Shown here: positions 39,120-52,459 of the stretch, piece after piece | How the letters are laid out: each line of letters starts with the position of its first letter | Numbering within the stretch: the first letter of the stretch is position 1 | From: Octopus vulgaris | Lineage: Eukaryota | Length of the DNA stretch: 64,000 nt | Assembly: GCA_951406725.2 (NCBI GenBank) | Contig: OX597824.1 | Coordinates: 95,480,001-95,544,000, forward strand | Direction: 5' to 3' | The notes under the pieces: generated by a model | The model's input: only the letters and a program-made list of their open reading frames with translations | Database searches by the model: none | Told to the model about the DNA's origin: nothing | Program-made: the position numbers and the translations under genes

Positions 39120-39720
39120 GGCGCAGGAGTGTCTGTGTGGTAAGTAGCTTGCTTACCAACCACATGGCTCCGTGTTCAGTCCTACTGCGTGGCACCTTGG
39201 GCAAGTGTCTTTTACTATAGCCTCGGGTTGACCAAAGACATGAGTGAACTTCGTAAAAGCAACTGAAAGAAGCCCGTCCTGTGTGTCGTTACAACCCACA
39301 CATATATATTTGCTTAGTATATTCTGGGTAAGAAAAGAAACGTGCGTTATAGAGCTCCTACGCTTTTATCCGGCTCCCACGTATTATATCCCAGGGTATC
39401 TCCGGGTATGGATATATAAGCGGAACTCCTTTCCGCTATATGCATGAATGAATGTATGTATGTATGTATGCATGAATGAATGTATGTATGCATGCAAGTA
39501 TGTGCCTTTGTGTCGGTGTTTGAGCCCCACCTCTGCCTGACAACCTGTGTTGGTGTGTTTACGTCCCCGTAACCTAGAGGTTCGACAAAAAAGACTTATA
39601 CAATAAGTATCATGCTATGCAAAAAATAATAAGTCAATTCATTCGACTAAAATTCTTCAAGGCGGTGCCCTAGCATGGCCACAGTCTAAAATTCTTCAAA
39701 CAAGATACAAGGCAAAAGAT
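39120..39720 (+). mobile_element. SINE family A (diverged 3' half), truncating the mariner foldback
   Basis: GGCGCAGGAGTGTCTGTGTGG head at 39120. Confidence 0.7.
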
Positions 39721-39870
39721 AAAGGCATACATATATTTCTATTTTGGAATGGTGAACCACACACACAAAGCTATAGATAATTCTTCAAACAAGATACAAG
39801 GCAAAAGATCTAGGCATACATATATTTCTATTTTGGAATGGTGAACCACACACACAAAGCTATAGATAAT
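39690..39870. repeat. 89-bp tandem duplication
   Basis: Units start at 39690 and 39779 and differ at 2 positions. Confidence 0.9.
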
Positions 39871-40074
39871 CCTTTCTACTATAGACACAAGGCTTGAAAT
39901 TTGGGGGAGGGGTCTAGTCGATTACATAGACCCCAGTGCGTAACTGGTACTTATTTCATCGACCCCGAAAGGATGAAAGGCGAAGTCGACCTCGGCGGGA
40001 TTTGAACTCAGAACGTGCTGACAAACGAACTGCCGTGCTAACGCTTCTGCCAGTTCACCGCCTTAAATAAATAT

Positions 40075-40464
40075 TACTCTTTTACTTGTTTCAGTCATTT
40101 GACTGCGGCCATGCTGGAGCACCACCTTTAATCGAGCAACTCGACACCGGGACTTATTCTTTTGTAAGCCCAGTACTTATTCTATCGGTCTCTTTTGCCG
40201 AACCGCTAAATAACGGGGACATAAACACACCAGCATCGGTTGTCAAGCAATGCTAGGGGGACAAACACAGACACACAAACACACATATATATACATATAT
40301 ACGACGGGCTTCTTTCAGTTTCCGTCTACCAAATCCACTCACAAGGCTTTGGTCGGCCCGAGGCTATAGTAGAAGACACTTGCCCAAGGTGCCACGCAGT
40401 GGGACTGAACCCGGAACCATGTGGTTGGTAAACAAGCTACTTACCACACAGCCACTCCTGCGCC
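40075..40464 (-). mobile_element. SINE family A, near-intact
   Basis: Full head, body and tail. Confidence 0.88.
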
Positions 40465-40822
40465 TATATATATAAATAATAACACAGAAATATTAGGTTG
40501 AAAAGACTAATGTTTTCTAAAATATTCTGGCATCTTCCGACTCGGTAAAGTGGTTTAATTAAGATGTCTGAACGAAATATTGCAACATTGCTATTTCTGC
40601 GTTTCACTATATTTTACGATAAGTAACTTGTTATCACACACACACACACACAAGAAACTGAAAGGTGACGGGCTTATCTGCGAACCTTCAGATTATTGCT
40701 AATACACACGCGCGCGCAGTCATATGTTCTTTTTCCTAGGGATCTGAACTGTTGAAGGATCGTCTTGACATACGACCGACCCTGGGTACTTTAGATCTGG
40801 CAGAAACCGTCTGTCTACAGTT

Positions 40823-41276
40823 TTCGTCTGGCGTGCTAACGTTTCTGCCAGCTCGTTGCAAATCGGTGATCTGGCAGAAACGTTAGCACGCCGGACGAAA
40901 TGCTTAGCGGTATGTCGTCTGCCGTTACGTTCTGAGTTCAAATTCCGCCGAGGTCGACTTTGCCTTTCATCCTTTCGGGGTCGATAAAATAAGTACCAGT
41001 TACGCACTGGGGTTGATATAATCGACTTAACCCGTTTGTCTTTCCTTGTTTGTCCCCTCTGTGTTTAGCCCCTTGTGGGTAGTAAAGAAATAGGTATTTC
41101 GTCTGCCGCTACGTTCTGAGTTCAAATTCCGTCGAGGTCGACTTTGCCTTTCATTCTTTCGAGGTCGATTAAATAAGTACCAGTTACTCACTGAGGTCGA
41201 TATAATCGACATAATACGTTTGTCTGTCCTTGTTTGTCCCCTCTGTGTTTAGCCCCTTGTGGGCAATAAATAATTA
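40823..41276 (+). mobile_element. SINE family B tail1-tail1 dimer with inverted 5' head, 21-bp TSD
   Basis: TSD AGAAACCGTCTGTCTACAGTT at 40802-40822 and 41277-41297; junction at 41092/41093. Confidence 0.88.
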
Positions 41277-41714
41277 AGAAACCGTCTGTCTACAGTTCCA
41301 AACAAACCTACACCGAGGGAGGGAGGCGGAGAAAGTGGGGTGGAAGGGGAGGGAGAAAACAGGGTGGATGGGACTGGTACATTATTTACAGACTCCCGAA
41401 TGATGAAAGGCAAAGTTACCCTCGGTAGGATTTAATCTCTAGTTGGCGAGAGCTGAAACGAAATCCGAAAACGTCCGATAACTCCCCCCTCTCTCTTCAC
41501 ACCTATAATTGGTGCACTTGGTGTTGTGAGTGACAACCTGGAAAGTCTAGAGTTTACAGGAAAGAAAAAAAAACAACAACCAGCTACCATGGACATGACA
41601 AATATAATCAGTATGCGGAACAGCAAAAATATGCAAGACATTCTCAAGTTTAAAATGAATGTTTTTAATCTACGTCTCAAAGATGGACCTTTAAAGCTTT
41701 TGTAGAAACCAGTT

Positions 41715-41990
41715 CCTTCCTTCCTTCTCGAGCCATGCCTGGCTCATAAGGGCCGTTTTCCCGGTTTCCTTGGCGTATAGGTTCGTCGCAGGTGAGCTGC
41801 AAGATGCAGGAGGAAAGAGTGAGAGAAAGTTGTGGTGAAAGAGTCAGAAGTTCGCCATTACCTTCTACCGGAGCCGCGTAAAGCTTAGGTACTTCGCTCA
41901 TAAACACACACATCGCCCGGTCTGAGATTCGAACCCGCGATCCCTCTACCGCGAGTCCGCTGCTCTAACCACTAGGCCATGTGCCTCCAC
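41715..41990 (-). mobile_element. tRNA-derived SINE family C, with TSD CAGTTCCTTCCTT
   Basis: Minus head GTGGAGGCACATGGCCTAGTGGTTAGAGCAGCGGACTCGCGG...GGTTCGAATCTC, pyrimidine-rich body. Homologous to the copies at 46462 and 47785. Confidence 0.8.
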
Positions 41991-44330
41991 AGTTCCTTCC
42001 TTACAGGAAGGCGTCAAATAATTAAAAACAAGAGAATATATATCATACATACGACGAGCTCCTGCACAGATTCTACCCATCAAATTCTACTCACAAGGCA
42101 AGTATGGTAGGGAACTCGAGGCTACGATAAAAGTCAGCCATTGACCCCAACGGAGCAGAGTCTTCGAGGTGGAATCACTTTCTCAATGGAACGCAAATTA
42201 CTCTCTCAAACTTTCCCGACGTACACCCCCCCCCCCCCACTCATTACGAATTTCTTTGTGGCAGTTTCAGATTTCAAAGTGAATGGAAATCATTCTGCTA
42301 ATTCAACCCATATTGCAAATTGTATTAAACTCTTGTTGGATCAACTTCAACAGTAAATCTTGCGCAAGGTGTCCTACAGCTGGATCGAACTCAGAACTGC
42401 GTGGTTGCAAAGCGCCAAATTCTTAACCACACAACTATTCTTACACCACACGCTCACACTCTTTCCCTCTCATATATATATATATATATATATAGAAAGG
42501 AGAGAGAGCTTAGTCATAGAATTCATTAGAATCTAAGCGCACCAAAATATGGGATGCCAGAAATGGCAAGGTACCATAACATAGGATTCAGAGTGAGCTA
42601 AAAGAACCATGATCGTTTTTGAAATTGGTTAGTCTGCATGCGGTGTGTTAAAAACAATTCTGTTCTTTACTTTTTAAATCAGATTAATAAAGATTAAACA
42701 TAATCTGTTTAAGAAGCGTATTAATTTGTTCTTGTAGCAGTCAAATAAAACCGTGTTCTTTACTTCATTTAATTTTTATCCTATAAACATTAAACCGTAT
42801 ACACGGCACGGGATCCTATACTTCTCTTAGTCATTAAATTGCGGCCATCCTGGGGCATCTCCTTGAAATTTAGTCGAATGAGTCGATCCCATTTAATTTT
42901 TTTTCAAACCTGGTACTTCGGTCTCTTTTGCCGAACCGCTAAGTTACGGGGATATAAGCACCCTAATCGGTTGTCAAGCGGTGGGACTGAACCCGGAACC
43001 ATGTGGTTGCGAAGCAAGCTTCATACTACACAGTCACAAGAATTTTAAAAGGATTAATCAACATCAAAGAGACCCTACTTCAGAAGCGAACAATTCAATT
43101 CTTTTACTTTGATTGTTCATTTTATATTTTAGGCATATATATGATCGAACCCGAGGCCACGTGGTTACAAAGCGTACCATGCTCGCTTATAATTATTTCG
43201 ATTGAGTAAAATAAGCGAAAACGGTGACTATCTACCGTGGGTTGTTTATAACATTAAATGTTTAAGATTTCACAGAGCAACGATAGATATAGAAATAAAT
43301 TCAAACTTACCATTCTATCAATCCTAGTTCAGTTGTAAGAACATAGAAAGAGCTTGAAATAAACGCAAAACAAAGTAATTTCTCTGGACTTGAGCGATCC
43401 CTTTCGCCCCAATGTCTGTCTGTCTCTAATACATTTTGTTTTACGGAAGTTTTTCTTTCCTTCCCTTCTACAATTCTAATTGGTTTTAAATTATTGTTGA
43501 CTGAAGACAAAGCGACAAAACAGCAGTAATATTTAATAATGGACGACCGCAGCAGGCAATTTGTCGTTTGTTTTTCGAAGTCAGCTCCTGGCAACAGAGA
43601 CATAAGCCATTGAAGTCATGACACAACAATCCATAGCCACCTTTTATTAACCTTTCAAGTAGGGGAAACAGAACTGTCTCCAGTCGTTTTCTCTTTTCTT
43701 TCCTTCTTCTAGCATTGCACAACTTGTACAGGGTTGCCAAGTTTTTGAATAGATTGCCTCTTAACGAACTTAAAGGCTTACATTTGAAATACACGTCTTA
43801 TTGTTCTGAAAAGCCTATTGTTACATATCAGTTTATGTTTTCATACTGTTGAAAGTTCTCGTAAATAACTCTGTAACCACAAACCAACGGGGTAGAGAGA
43901 GGGAGAGCTTCAATATTATTGCTGTTGGACCTGCTGCAAATAGCAGCCAATTCCCCTGCAAAATATCATTCGGACATCTTTAACAAGAAATACACATTGT
44001 ATAATGGAAATTTAAGGAGAGAAACAAAAAATGAGGAGATAGTCACAGTAGAGGTCCGCTGGATTAGAGTTGATTGGTTAAGCAGCAAAAAAAAAGAAAA
44101 CGCAACAGTTGTAATTAATTTTGCCACGTGGTTCTGGTTTCGAATAAAATTCGGCATTTCCTCCAACTTTAAGTTCAAATTCCTCAAAGGTTGACTTTAC
44201 CTTTTAGTCTTTCGAGGTTAATAAAATTGAACACTGGGGTCGATGTAATCGACTTAGACCCCACTCCACAAATTTTAAACCTTGTACCGAAGTTGGACTC
44301 GAATTTGGAGAGTTGAATTGGACAGGTTGT

Positions 44331-44624
44331 CTTGCGGTATCTGTTCCAGTCCATTGCGTTCTCATAGCAATAACCGAAGGCACAGGTGCCAGGCTGTATG
44401 GCCCCAAATCAGCGGCCTTTCCTCTGGATAACATCTGTGACGTGGAGAGGAAAGTCTAGATTTTTTAGGAAAACTAGCTGTCACTCATGTATGTAAGTCT
44501 TACCTCTCTATACCATAGATATTATCCAGAGGAAAGGCCACCGCCTTGGGCCAATACAGCCTGGAACCGGTGTCGTCACGGTTGTTTCTATCAGAATGCA
44601 ATGGGCCAGAACAGCTACCGCAAG
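44331..44624. repeat. ~295-bp imperfect palindrome (foldback element of unknown class)
   Basis: Left arm CTTGCGGTATCTGTTCC...CCTTTCCTCTGGATAACATCT; right arm is its reverse complement ...AGATATTATCCAGAGGAAAGG...CTACCGCAAG. Confidence 0.8.
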
Positions 44625-44631
44625 GTATTAA

Positions 44632-45026
44632 GGATCTTTTCAGTTTGAACGGCAGTTTTTTAAAATAATTTCCACTATTAAACTTCGTATACTGGAAGAA
44701 TGTGTTTATAAAACATCTTTTTCTCTTGGCTTTATTGAGAAAATTCTATAGTTTGTAAGATATTTGTTGGGTTTTTTTTCTTCAATTTCAACCAATCAAT
44801 GACGTCTATTGAGGTAAAAAAACACATTCTGTGCCGTATAAATATGTCCCTCGTTTAAGAAACAGATTGGGTTTATTTACATTTCTGAAGAAAAAAAGAT
44901 ACCCTTCCCCCCAATCCTAACCCTAAAACAGATTGAAATGCAATAGATCGATACTAGGGTCATAATTATGGGTGACAATTTCATATGGCATCGCTAGAAA
45001 AACTGCCGTTCAAACCGAAAAGATCC
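44632..45026. mobile_element. MITE with 8-bp TSD and GG-initiated TIRs (Merlin-like)
   Basis: TIR GGATCTTTTCAGTTTGAACGGCAGTTTTT / AAAAACTGCCGTTCAAACCGAAAAGATCC; TSD GGTATTAA at 44624-44631 and 45027-45034. Confidence 0.85.
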
Positions 45027-45737
45027 GGTATTAAGTTCAATCCAACTCTTGAACTGTTCCGCAAATTCAATGCCTCTGACAGGTACTTATTCTGCGAGCT
45101 GGCCGGATCGTTGGCACACCGGCCAAAGTGCTTGGCGGAATTTCGTCCACCTTTACATTCTCAGTTCAAATTCCGCCCACGTTAAATTTGTCTTTCGTCT
45201 TTTCGGAGTCGATAAATTAAGTACCAGCAAAGCCCTGGGGTCGATGTAAACAACTAGTCCCCTCCCCCCAAATTTCAGGCCTTGTGTCTATAGTACAAAG
45301 GATTATTATTATTGTTGTTATTCATGGCGGCGAGTTGGCAGAATCGTTAGCATGCTGGACGAAATGCTTAGCAATATTTCGCCCGCCGCTAGGTTCCGAG
45401 TTCAAATTCCACCGAGGTCGACTTTACCTTTCATCCTTTCGGGGTCAATTAAATAAGTACCATTTACACGCTGGGGTCGATGTAATCTACTTAATCCCTT
45501 CCCCCAACTTTGAGGTCTTATGTGCAAAGTCGACCTCGGCGGAATTTGAACTCGCAACTAACGGCAGACGAAATTCGCTCGGCGTGCTAACGTTTCTGCC
45601 AGCTCGCCTGCCTTTCTAATTGTTGTTTCTCTTGTCCGCCTTTGAATTGTCTATCTGTCCGAACGTTTTAATGACCTCTATTGCGTTTTTGTTCCATTTG
45701 TGTGCGTGTGTATATATACATACATATATATATATAT

Positions 45738-46098
45738 ACTAGCAGTATCGCCCGGCGTTGCTCAGGTTTGTAAGGGAAATAACTATAAAGCATTTTTAGA
45801 GAGTTATAGCCAAAAAATAGCAAAAAAATGATGGTAAATTTTTTTTTGAGAGTTAAAAAAGGATGGAGTTGCGTCCCCTAGACAATTTGTGGTTCGTGTT
45901 TCTGATTCTCGACCCCATGTCGAATTTATCGATTTTTTTTCAGAACTGGGGAAACTTTTCAAAATTTTGGCTGCGTTAGTTTTGAATTATGACATTGGGC
46001 TATGTGTGTGTCAAGTTTCATCAGAATCGGTTGAAAGCCGTGGTCAGGGTAAGGGTACAAGCAAACAGACACACAGAAACACGCACAGACAAACTGCC

Positions 46099-46102
<4 letters not shown>
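45738..46102 (+). mobile_element. Non-autonomous Helitron-like element (Lep1/HINE-like) in (TA)n
   Basis: 5' TACTAGC...GCCCGGCGTTGCTCAGG, 3' AAGTTTCATCAGAATCGGTTG...ACAGACACACAGA. Assigned by recalled motif resemblance only. Confidence 0.55.
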
Positions 46103-46161
<59 letters not shown>

Positions 46162-46461
46162 ATTTTATTTATTTATTCACTTTTAAGTTTATGGATTTCC
46201 TATCAAGATAAACTTAATATTGACTTGGCTGTAAATTATGGTAGCAAATCAAAATACAGTATCCTTGCCAACAACACATACACACACAAATGTGCAGAAT
46301 AGAGTCGAAAGCTCTTAGGCGGATCCGTGTTAAATTTACTTGCATAAATAAAAGAACGAAAAGAAAAATGACTTCCTGATTTTTTTTCCGCGTAATTTTT
46401 AGTCAATAAGCAATATTGATACATAATGAATGGCGAGATAGTTTTTATTGAAGGAATTGTT

Positions 46462-46748
46462 TGTTCCTTCTCAAGCCATGCCTGGCTCATAAGGGCCGGT
46501 TTCCCGGTTTCTTTAGCGTATAGGTTCCCCACCTCGACGGGATGCCGGTCCGTCGCAGGTGAGCTGCAAGATGCAGGAGGAAAGAGTGAGAGAAAGTTGT
46601 GGCGAAAGAGTCAGCAGAATTCCGGCCATTACCTTCAGCCGGAACCGCGTGGAGTTTAGGCGTTTTGCTCATAAACACACACATTCGAACCCGCGATCCC
46701 TCGACCGCGAGTCCACTGCCCTAACCACTAGCCCATGTGCTTTCACCA
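46462..46748 (-). mobile_element. SINE family C
   Basis: High similarity to the 41715-41990 copy. Confidence 0.8.
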
Positions 46749-47308
46749 TTGGTGGAATTAATTATATATAAATAATTATGAGGTTATTCAAAGAAACGAG
46801 AAACTTTCTACTAAACGTACATGAACATTTGTTGATATGGAACTTAAGACTACAGCACAAATGAGTCGCATATACCGACTTTGTTTCTTTATAACTTTCA
46901 GAAAAATGGATAGTTTTCAACGAAATTTTCTCCAAATCCCTATTAAATTGTGTAAATTATGATCATATTGAATTTAATGTCAAAAGAAAAACAAAAGAAA
47001 GAATGGTGGCCGGGAATATACACACTGATACGTATCACGAATGCATCTAGAAAATGAAACTACAAAATTATATGCTGTTCGTCAGAATGTATTAATGTGT
47101 TTAATTTTCACTTTTACATTCCGATAAAATCGTTATCTCGCTTTCTGAAGGGTATTTGAAGAAAATTTCATTACCAAAACCCCATTTTTCTGAAAGTTAG
47201 GAGGAAAGAAAGTCGACTCGTGTCAGGTATCCGAAACTTCCCACTTCCACGAAAATAATTTTGACAACAAATTCCAATATAATCGGAATTTACACCGTAT
47301 GGAAGATA

Positions 47309-47439
<131 letters not shown>

Positions 47440-47784
47440 TTTACATATTTTCGTTTTTGGATTTGGTTTGCAAGATTCTTTATATGAGTTCGTGTGTTGA
47501 AGCATATTCTGTTGTGCCTGGGGAGAGTCATTTTCTTTTTGGGCCTTATAATGTAACACACTGACCGGTGAAATTTCCACTATGGGTCTTAATTCGGCCC
47601 TGGAGTAAACATAAGGCCACATGGTTGGAAAGTAAGCTACTCAACCACACAGTCACGTCTGTAAGGTATTCGTAGGAAATTTCGATAAAAGAAATATCCA
47701 TTTTCTGAAAGTCGGGTGGGTGCACTTGTATAGATCTACCGCAAATAATGTGGAATCCACTGTATGGTCACACAACTTGCTAAA

Positions 47785-48082
47785 AATGCGCCCTTTTCAA
47801 GCCTAGCCAGATTCATGGGCTCGGTTTCAAGTTTTCTGTGGCGTATGTGTTCCCCCCAGCTGGACGGGACGCCAGTCCATCACAGCGTTACTCAAGAAAT
47901 AGGAAGAAAGAGTGAGAGACAGTTGGGGCGAAAGAGTACAACAGGGGTCACCACCACCCCCTGACGGAGCCTCGTGGAGCTTTAGCTCAATAAACACATG
48001 CAACGTCCGGTCTGGGAATCGAAACCGCGATCCTCCGACCGTGAGTCCGCTGCCCTAACCACTGGGCCATTACGCCTCCACA
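47785..48082 (-). mobile_element. SINE family C-related subfamily
   Basis: A box TGGCCCAGTGG, B box GGTTTCGATTCCC, GGACTGGCGTCCCGTCCAG 3' motif. Confidence 0.7.
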
Positions 48083-48227
48083 GCTCACATCTTACCATTT
48101 ATAAAGAGGGAAGACACTTTTTAGAAATGCAAAGGAAGATAAATAAAACTGGTTGATCATGGCTGGAATGCTTTTCGGTATAGAATTTTTCGATCAGGGC
48201 CTAAAGGAACAACGCGTGAGCCTAGGG

Positions 48228-48446
48228 CAGTGCTTTTCAAACTTTTTGCTGGAGCGGAACCCCAAGGAAACATTCCACTGGCTCGAGGAACCCCTGTGCA
48301 ATAATTTAATGGTCTTATGCACACATATCTGCACAGGAGAATTAAAAATTACGGCCGATTTTAGCAGTTTTGTAACTTCTTGCGGAACCCCTGCACTGTA
48401 CTGGCGGAACCCTAAGGTCCCGCGGAACCCGGGTTGAAAACCACTG
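48228..48446. mobile_element. hAT (Charlie-like) MITE
   Basis: TIR CAGTGCTTTTCAA / TTGAAAACCACTG, perfect 8-bp TSD GCCTAGGG, internal GGAACCC repeats. Confidence 0.9.
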
Positions 48447-50034
48447 GCCTAGGGAATAACCCCGTAGTTACACAAACATATGCGAGCATGACAGCACACA
48501 CGCACACACACACACATATACCAAGAGAAAGACCATAACAGAAAGATAGATAGAGAAAGAAAGAGTGGGAAAGAGAAAGTGAAAGAGAGAGAGAGAAAGG
48601 CATGTAAACCCGTTGAAGTGAATATTATACACAATCAATGACTAACAGAAAGATACAGACTAACACACACACACACACATATATATATATTCACACATAC
48701 ACACGCGAACACTCGTGCACATATACACACGCGCGCGCGCACGTACACACGCGACGAGCACGCTTTTAAATGGCTTTGATTTCGATTTCAAAAAACGAAC
48801 CAATCACTTCTATGCAAATTATCAACAACTTTACCGCCTTCCGTAAAAAAAAAAAAATATATATATATTATAACCAGAAAAATTAGTAAATGTTAATTTG
48901 CTATCTACAAGTTTTGTTATCAACAGTTATCATTTTGTTGTTATTGTTATTATTATTTTATTGATTGTTTATATGATTGTGATAGTTACTTTTAAAAAAA
49001 AAATTTTCCTCTCTTTCTGTTAATCACCAGTTTATCAACTTTGACCCGGTCAAATTATTCTTATTGGTTGCTAGAAAATAAATATTTACATCACTCACGA
49101 CGCACAACCCATCAAAGTAACAGTGAAATTCTACCAGTTGCCGCCGTCTCTGATCAGACACATTTGGTGAATCTTGCTTTGACACATAAGTGTTCTGTTC
49201 TCTAACAAAAACTACTTGAAAAGCCTATGAGTTCCACCAACCACCGAAAATGTATAATTCAAAAGGTAAATATTTACATTCTAGAAAATCCATTTTTATT
49301 TTTGTTAATTTATTCTTTGTTTATTTTTTTTTTTATTTTATTATTTTTTCTACGCGTGTTTCTATTGTTGAACATGATCATTCGTTGTCATCGTCATAAC
49401 CATCTGCATGTTCGGACGGGGCGCCGAATTGTCAGGAACGGCACTTAACACTACGGAACTTTAAACAATTTTCAAACAGTAAAATAATTTTTAAGCTGTG
49501 AAGATGAAGAGAAGCCTTAACATTTCGGACAAAACTCCTTAGTCGGAAAGAAATTAAATACTCATGCTGGATAAAATTGATAGAAAATCGCGAAAGAAAG
49601 AAGACTTCAGAAACATGAAGAAAAACTTCTGACCGAAACGTTATTACTTCTTTCTTTTGAATGACTGAAGTTTATTCCACTAGTTGAACAACACTTTTTT
49701 TTCTATTGATCTCTGCAAATCACCACAAGTCTCCTTGGATTCTACTGTGTTACTTTACGGTATTTTGTTCCGTTCTTCTATTAATTGATTTCAGAAATGG
49801 TTGCTTTCGATTTTGGTTTTGTTGTTTTGGCAGAAACGCTCGAGTACTTAACTATATGGTTTTTGCTTTATTTCTCTAAGTTTTAAGTTTAAATTTTCTG
49901 AGTCCATTTACTCTTCATCCACCTGGAATTTCATAAAATAGGACCCAGTATTTTTAAACCTATAAATATCACGGGCATAACTACAGAAGTATGCCCCTGA
50001 ATTTGTTTCAGTATGGCTTTCTGAAAAGTGGATA

Positions 50035-50413
50035 TTTTACTCCTTTACTTGTTTCAGTCATTTGACTGCAGCTGGAACACCACCTTTAGTCGAGCAAATC
50101 GATGCCAGGACTTATTCTTTGTAAGCCTAGTACTTATTCTAGCAGTATCTTTTGCCGAACCGCTAAGTTACGGAGATGTAAACACACCAGCATCGGTTGT
50201 GACAAACACAGACACACAAACATATACATATATATATATACATACATATAAACGACAGGCTTCTTTCAGTTTCCGTCTACCAAATCCACTCACAAGGCTT
50301 TGGTCGGCCCAAGGCAATAGTAGAAGATATTTTCCCTAGGTGTCATGCAGTGGGACTGAACCCGGAACCATGTGGTTGGTAAGCAAGCTACTTACCAAGC
50401 TACTCCTGTGTCT
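50035..50413 (-). mobile_element. SINE family A
   Basis: Full head, body and tail with small deletions. Further diverged or partial copies at ~31295-31600, 54840-55200, 58370-58575 and 59375-59600. Confidence 0.8.
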
Positions 50414-50713
50414 ATGTTTTAAAATATTGTGTAATGAAATTTTCTTTGGCTGATGGAGATTACGATCAAGTGGGAATTTCTCCATTTTTGTAAAAAACAT
50501 TTTCAGAGGTGGGGAGGGCGATAAGTTCCGAATAATTCACTCACCTCCACTTTGTTTCCTCATGCACTTTAATGATGTAAATTACAGTTATGAGGAAACA
50601 AATTCGACATTGTATGTGCGTGTGTGAAGTGTACAGTTCTGTAGTTATGTCAATATCACTGATGTGTTGTGTTGTGTGTGTGTGTATACATAATGATTTT
50701 GACTGCCCGCCAC

Positions 50714-50819
50714 CATAATAATAATAATAATAATGATAATAATGATAAGGATAATGATGATGATGACGGTAGTAATAATAATAATAATAATGATGATGAT
50801 GATGATGATGATGATGGTA

Positions 50820-50876
<57 letters not shown>

Positions 50877-51430
50877 GCCCTGACACAGTACCAGGCAGTG
50901 TCTCTCATGGGTTCTGATCTCAGCTGATTGGAAGTGTTATCATGTACATTGTTTTGTCGAGGTATAAAAGATGGGCTACAGCAAATATTCTGCTCAATAC
51001 CACAGATTTGCTTGTCAGTTGTTTGACCTTAACCAGTTGATCATGCCCCTTAGTGGCTGACGATATGTGCATCTCTGATCACGAGCAGAAGTAGTGGGGG
51101 AGCATCATAGCCATGTGTTGAAAGGAATTCTTGGAGGTTTGAATAATTCACCTCTGGAAACATGGGTAGTTCGTTCAACATCCTTAAACAATCCTTATTC
51201 AGGGTCCTTTTGAGCGGGATGGGTTACTCGACCAGAAGAAAATTCTAACTGGGCCCCACCTGCAAGGTCATGTGCTGTTTATCTTGATATGAGATCACCA
51301 TGTCGTGCACATATGGTTGTGATGAATGTGCCTGGTGTACCCTTATCAGACAGGTAGTCATGATGGGTATACTGGGCTTCGTATATTTTACCCCAGTGTC
51401 ACTTTGATGGCATGCGCTGCTCTCTCACTC

Positions 51431-51471
<41 letters not shown>

Positions 51472-51548
51472 TGATGATGATGATGATAATAATTATAATA
51501 ATAATAATAATGATGATGATAATAATTATAATAATAATAATAATGATG

Positions 51549-51581
<33 letters not shown>

Positions 51582-51620
51582 TGATGATGATGATGATAAT
51601 AATTAATAATAATAATAATG

Positions 51621-51657
<37 letters not shown>

Positions 51658-51685
51658 TGATGATGATGATAATAATTATAATAAT

Positions 51686-51720
<35 letters not shown>
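50714..51720. repeat. (AAT)n/(GAT)n microsatellite arrays flanking family D
   Basis: Direct inspection: 50714-50874 and 51431-51720. Confidence 0.95.
50875..51430 (+). mobile_element. (AAT)n-embedded non-coding interspersed element (family D), longer copy
   Basis: Highly similar to 63421-63878; both end ...CTCTCTCACTC(AAT)n and have (AAT)n on both sides. Confidence 0.85.
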
Positions 51721-52202
51721 GGTTAGAAGCAAACAATCTTATCTCTTCAACTCTTAGATTATTTGTAACACACACACATTGTTACTAATTGTTAGAATTT
51801 AACAAATATTATGAAAAGGAAATTAGAATCACACAGCAACCTGTATTATCACAAATGTACGGCTATAGCTAGTCATATGATGACAGAATATAGCATTGTT
51901 GTTGTTGTTGTTGTTTTTGGATCTACGTTAGTCCTGATAAGACAGGCTTATCGAAAGGATTCCAGCTATGATCATCTGTCTGTCTGTCTGTTTGGCAGCC
52001 TCGTTAGTTCGATTTTGCTGCTGCTACTAGAGTTTTTGTTATTCCGAATTTTACCGAATAGAGTCTGACATCTGATTTGTTGTTTTTGGATTAAACTTCG
52101 GTCTTTGTTCAATGTTCCGATTGAGGATGGGTTTGCTTAAAACTTATGAAACCCATTTTACTGACAGTTGAGAGTCACTTGTCTCAACATACATACATAC
52201 CC

Positions 52203-52238
<36 letters not shown>

Positions 52239-52275
52239 TGCATACATCTATACATGCATACATATATATATATAT

Positions 52276-52349
<74 letters not shown>

Positions 52350-52430
52350 GTATATATAATATATATATACATACATACCCACACACACATATACATGTAC
52401 CCATACATACCTACACACACGTACATAACA
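52203..52430. repeat. (TA)n/(CA)n microsatellite
   Basis: Direct inspection. Similar arrays at ~5148, 11026, 11540, 19603, 21712 (GA), 36232, 46102 and 47308. Confidence 0.95.
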
Positions 52431-52459
52431 AAATCGGTGAGTTGGTTCTGAAAGCCTTG

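Noticed and set aside
40870-40890. GAAACGTT in the SINE B head as a hammerhead core
   Set aside because: No CUGANGA or stem II; better explained as a tRNA D-arm/A box.
44916-44926. Interstitial telomeric repeat CCTAACCCTAA
   Set aside because: Fewer than two full units, internal to a MITE.
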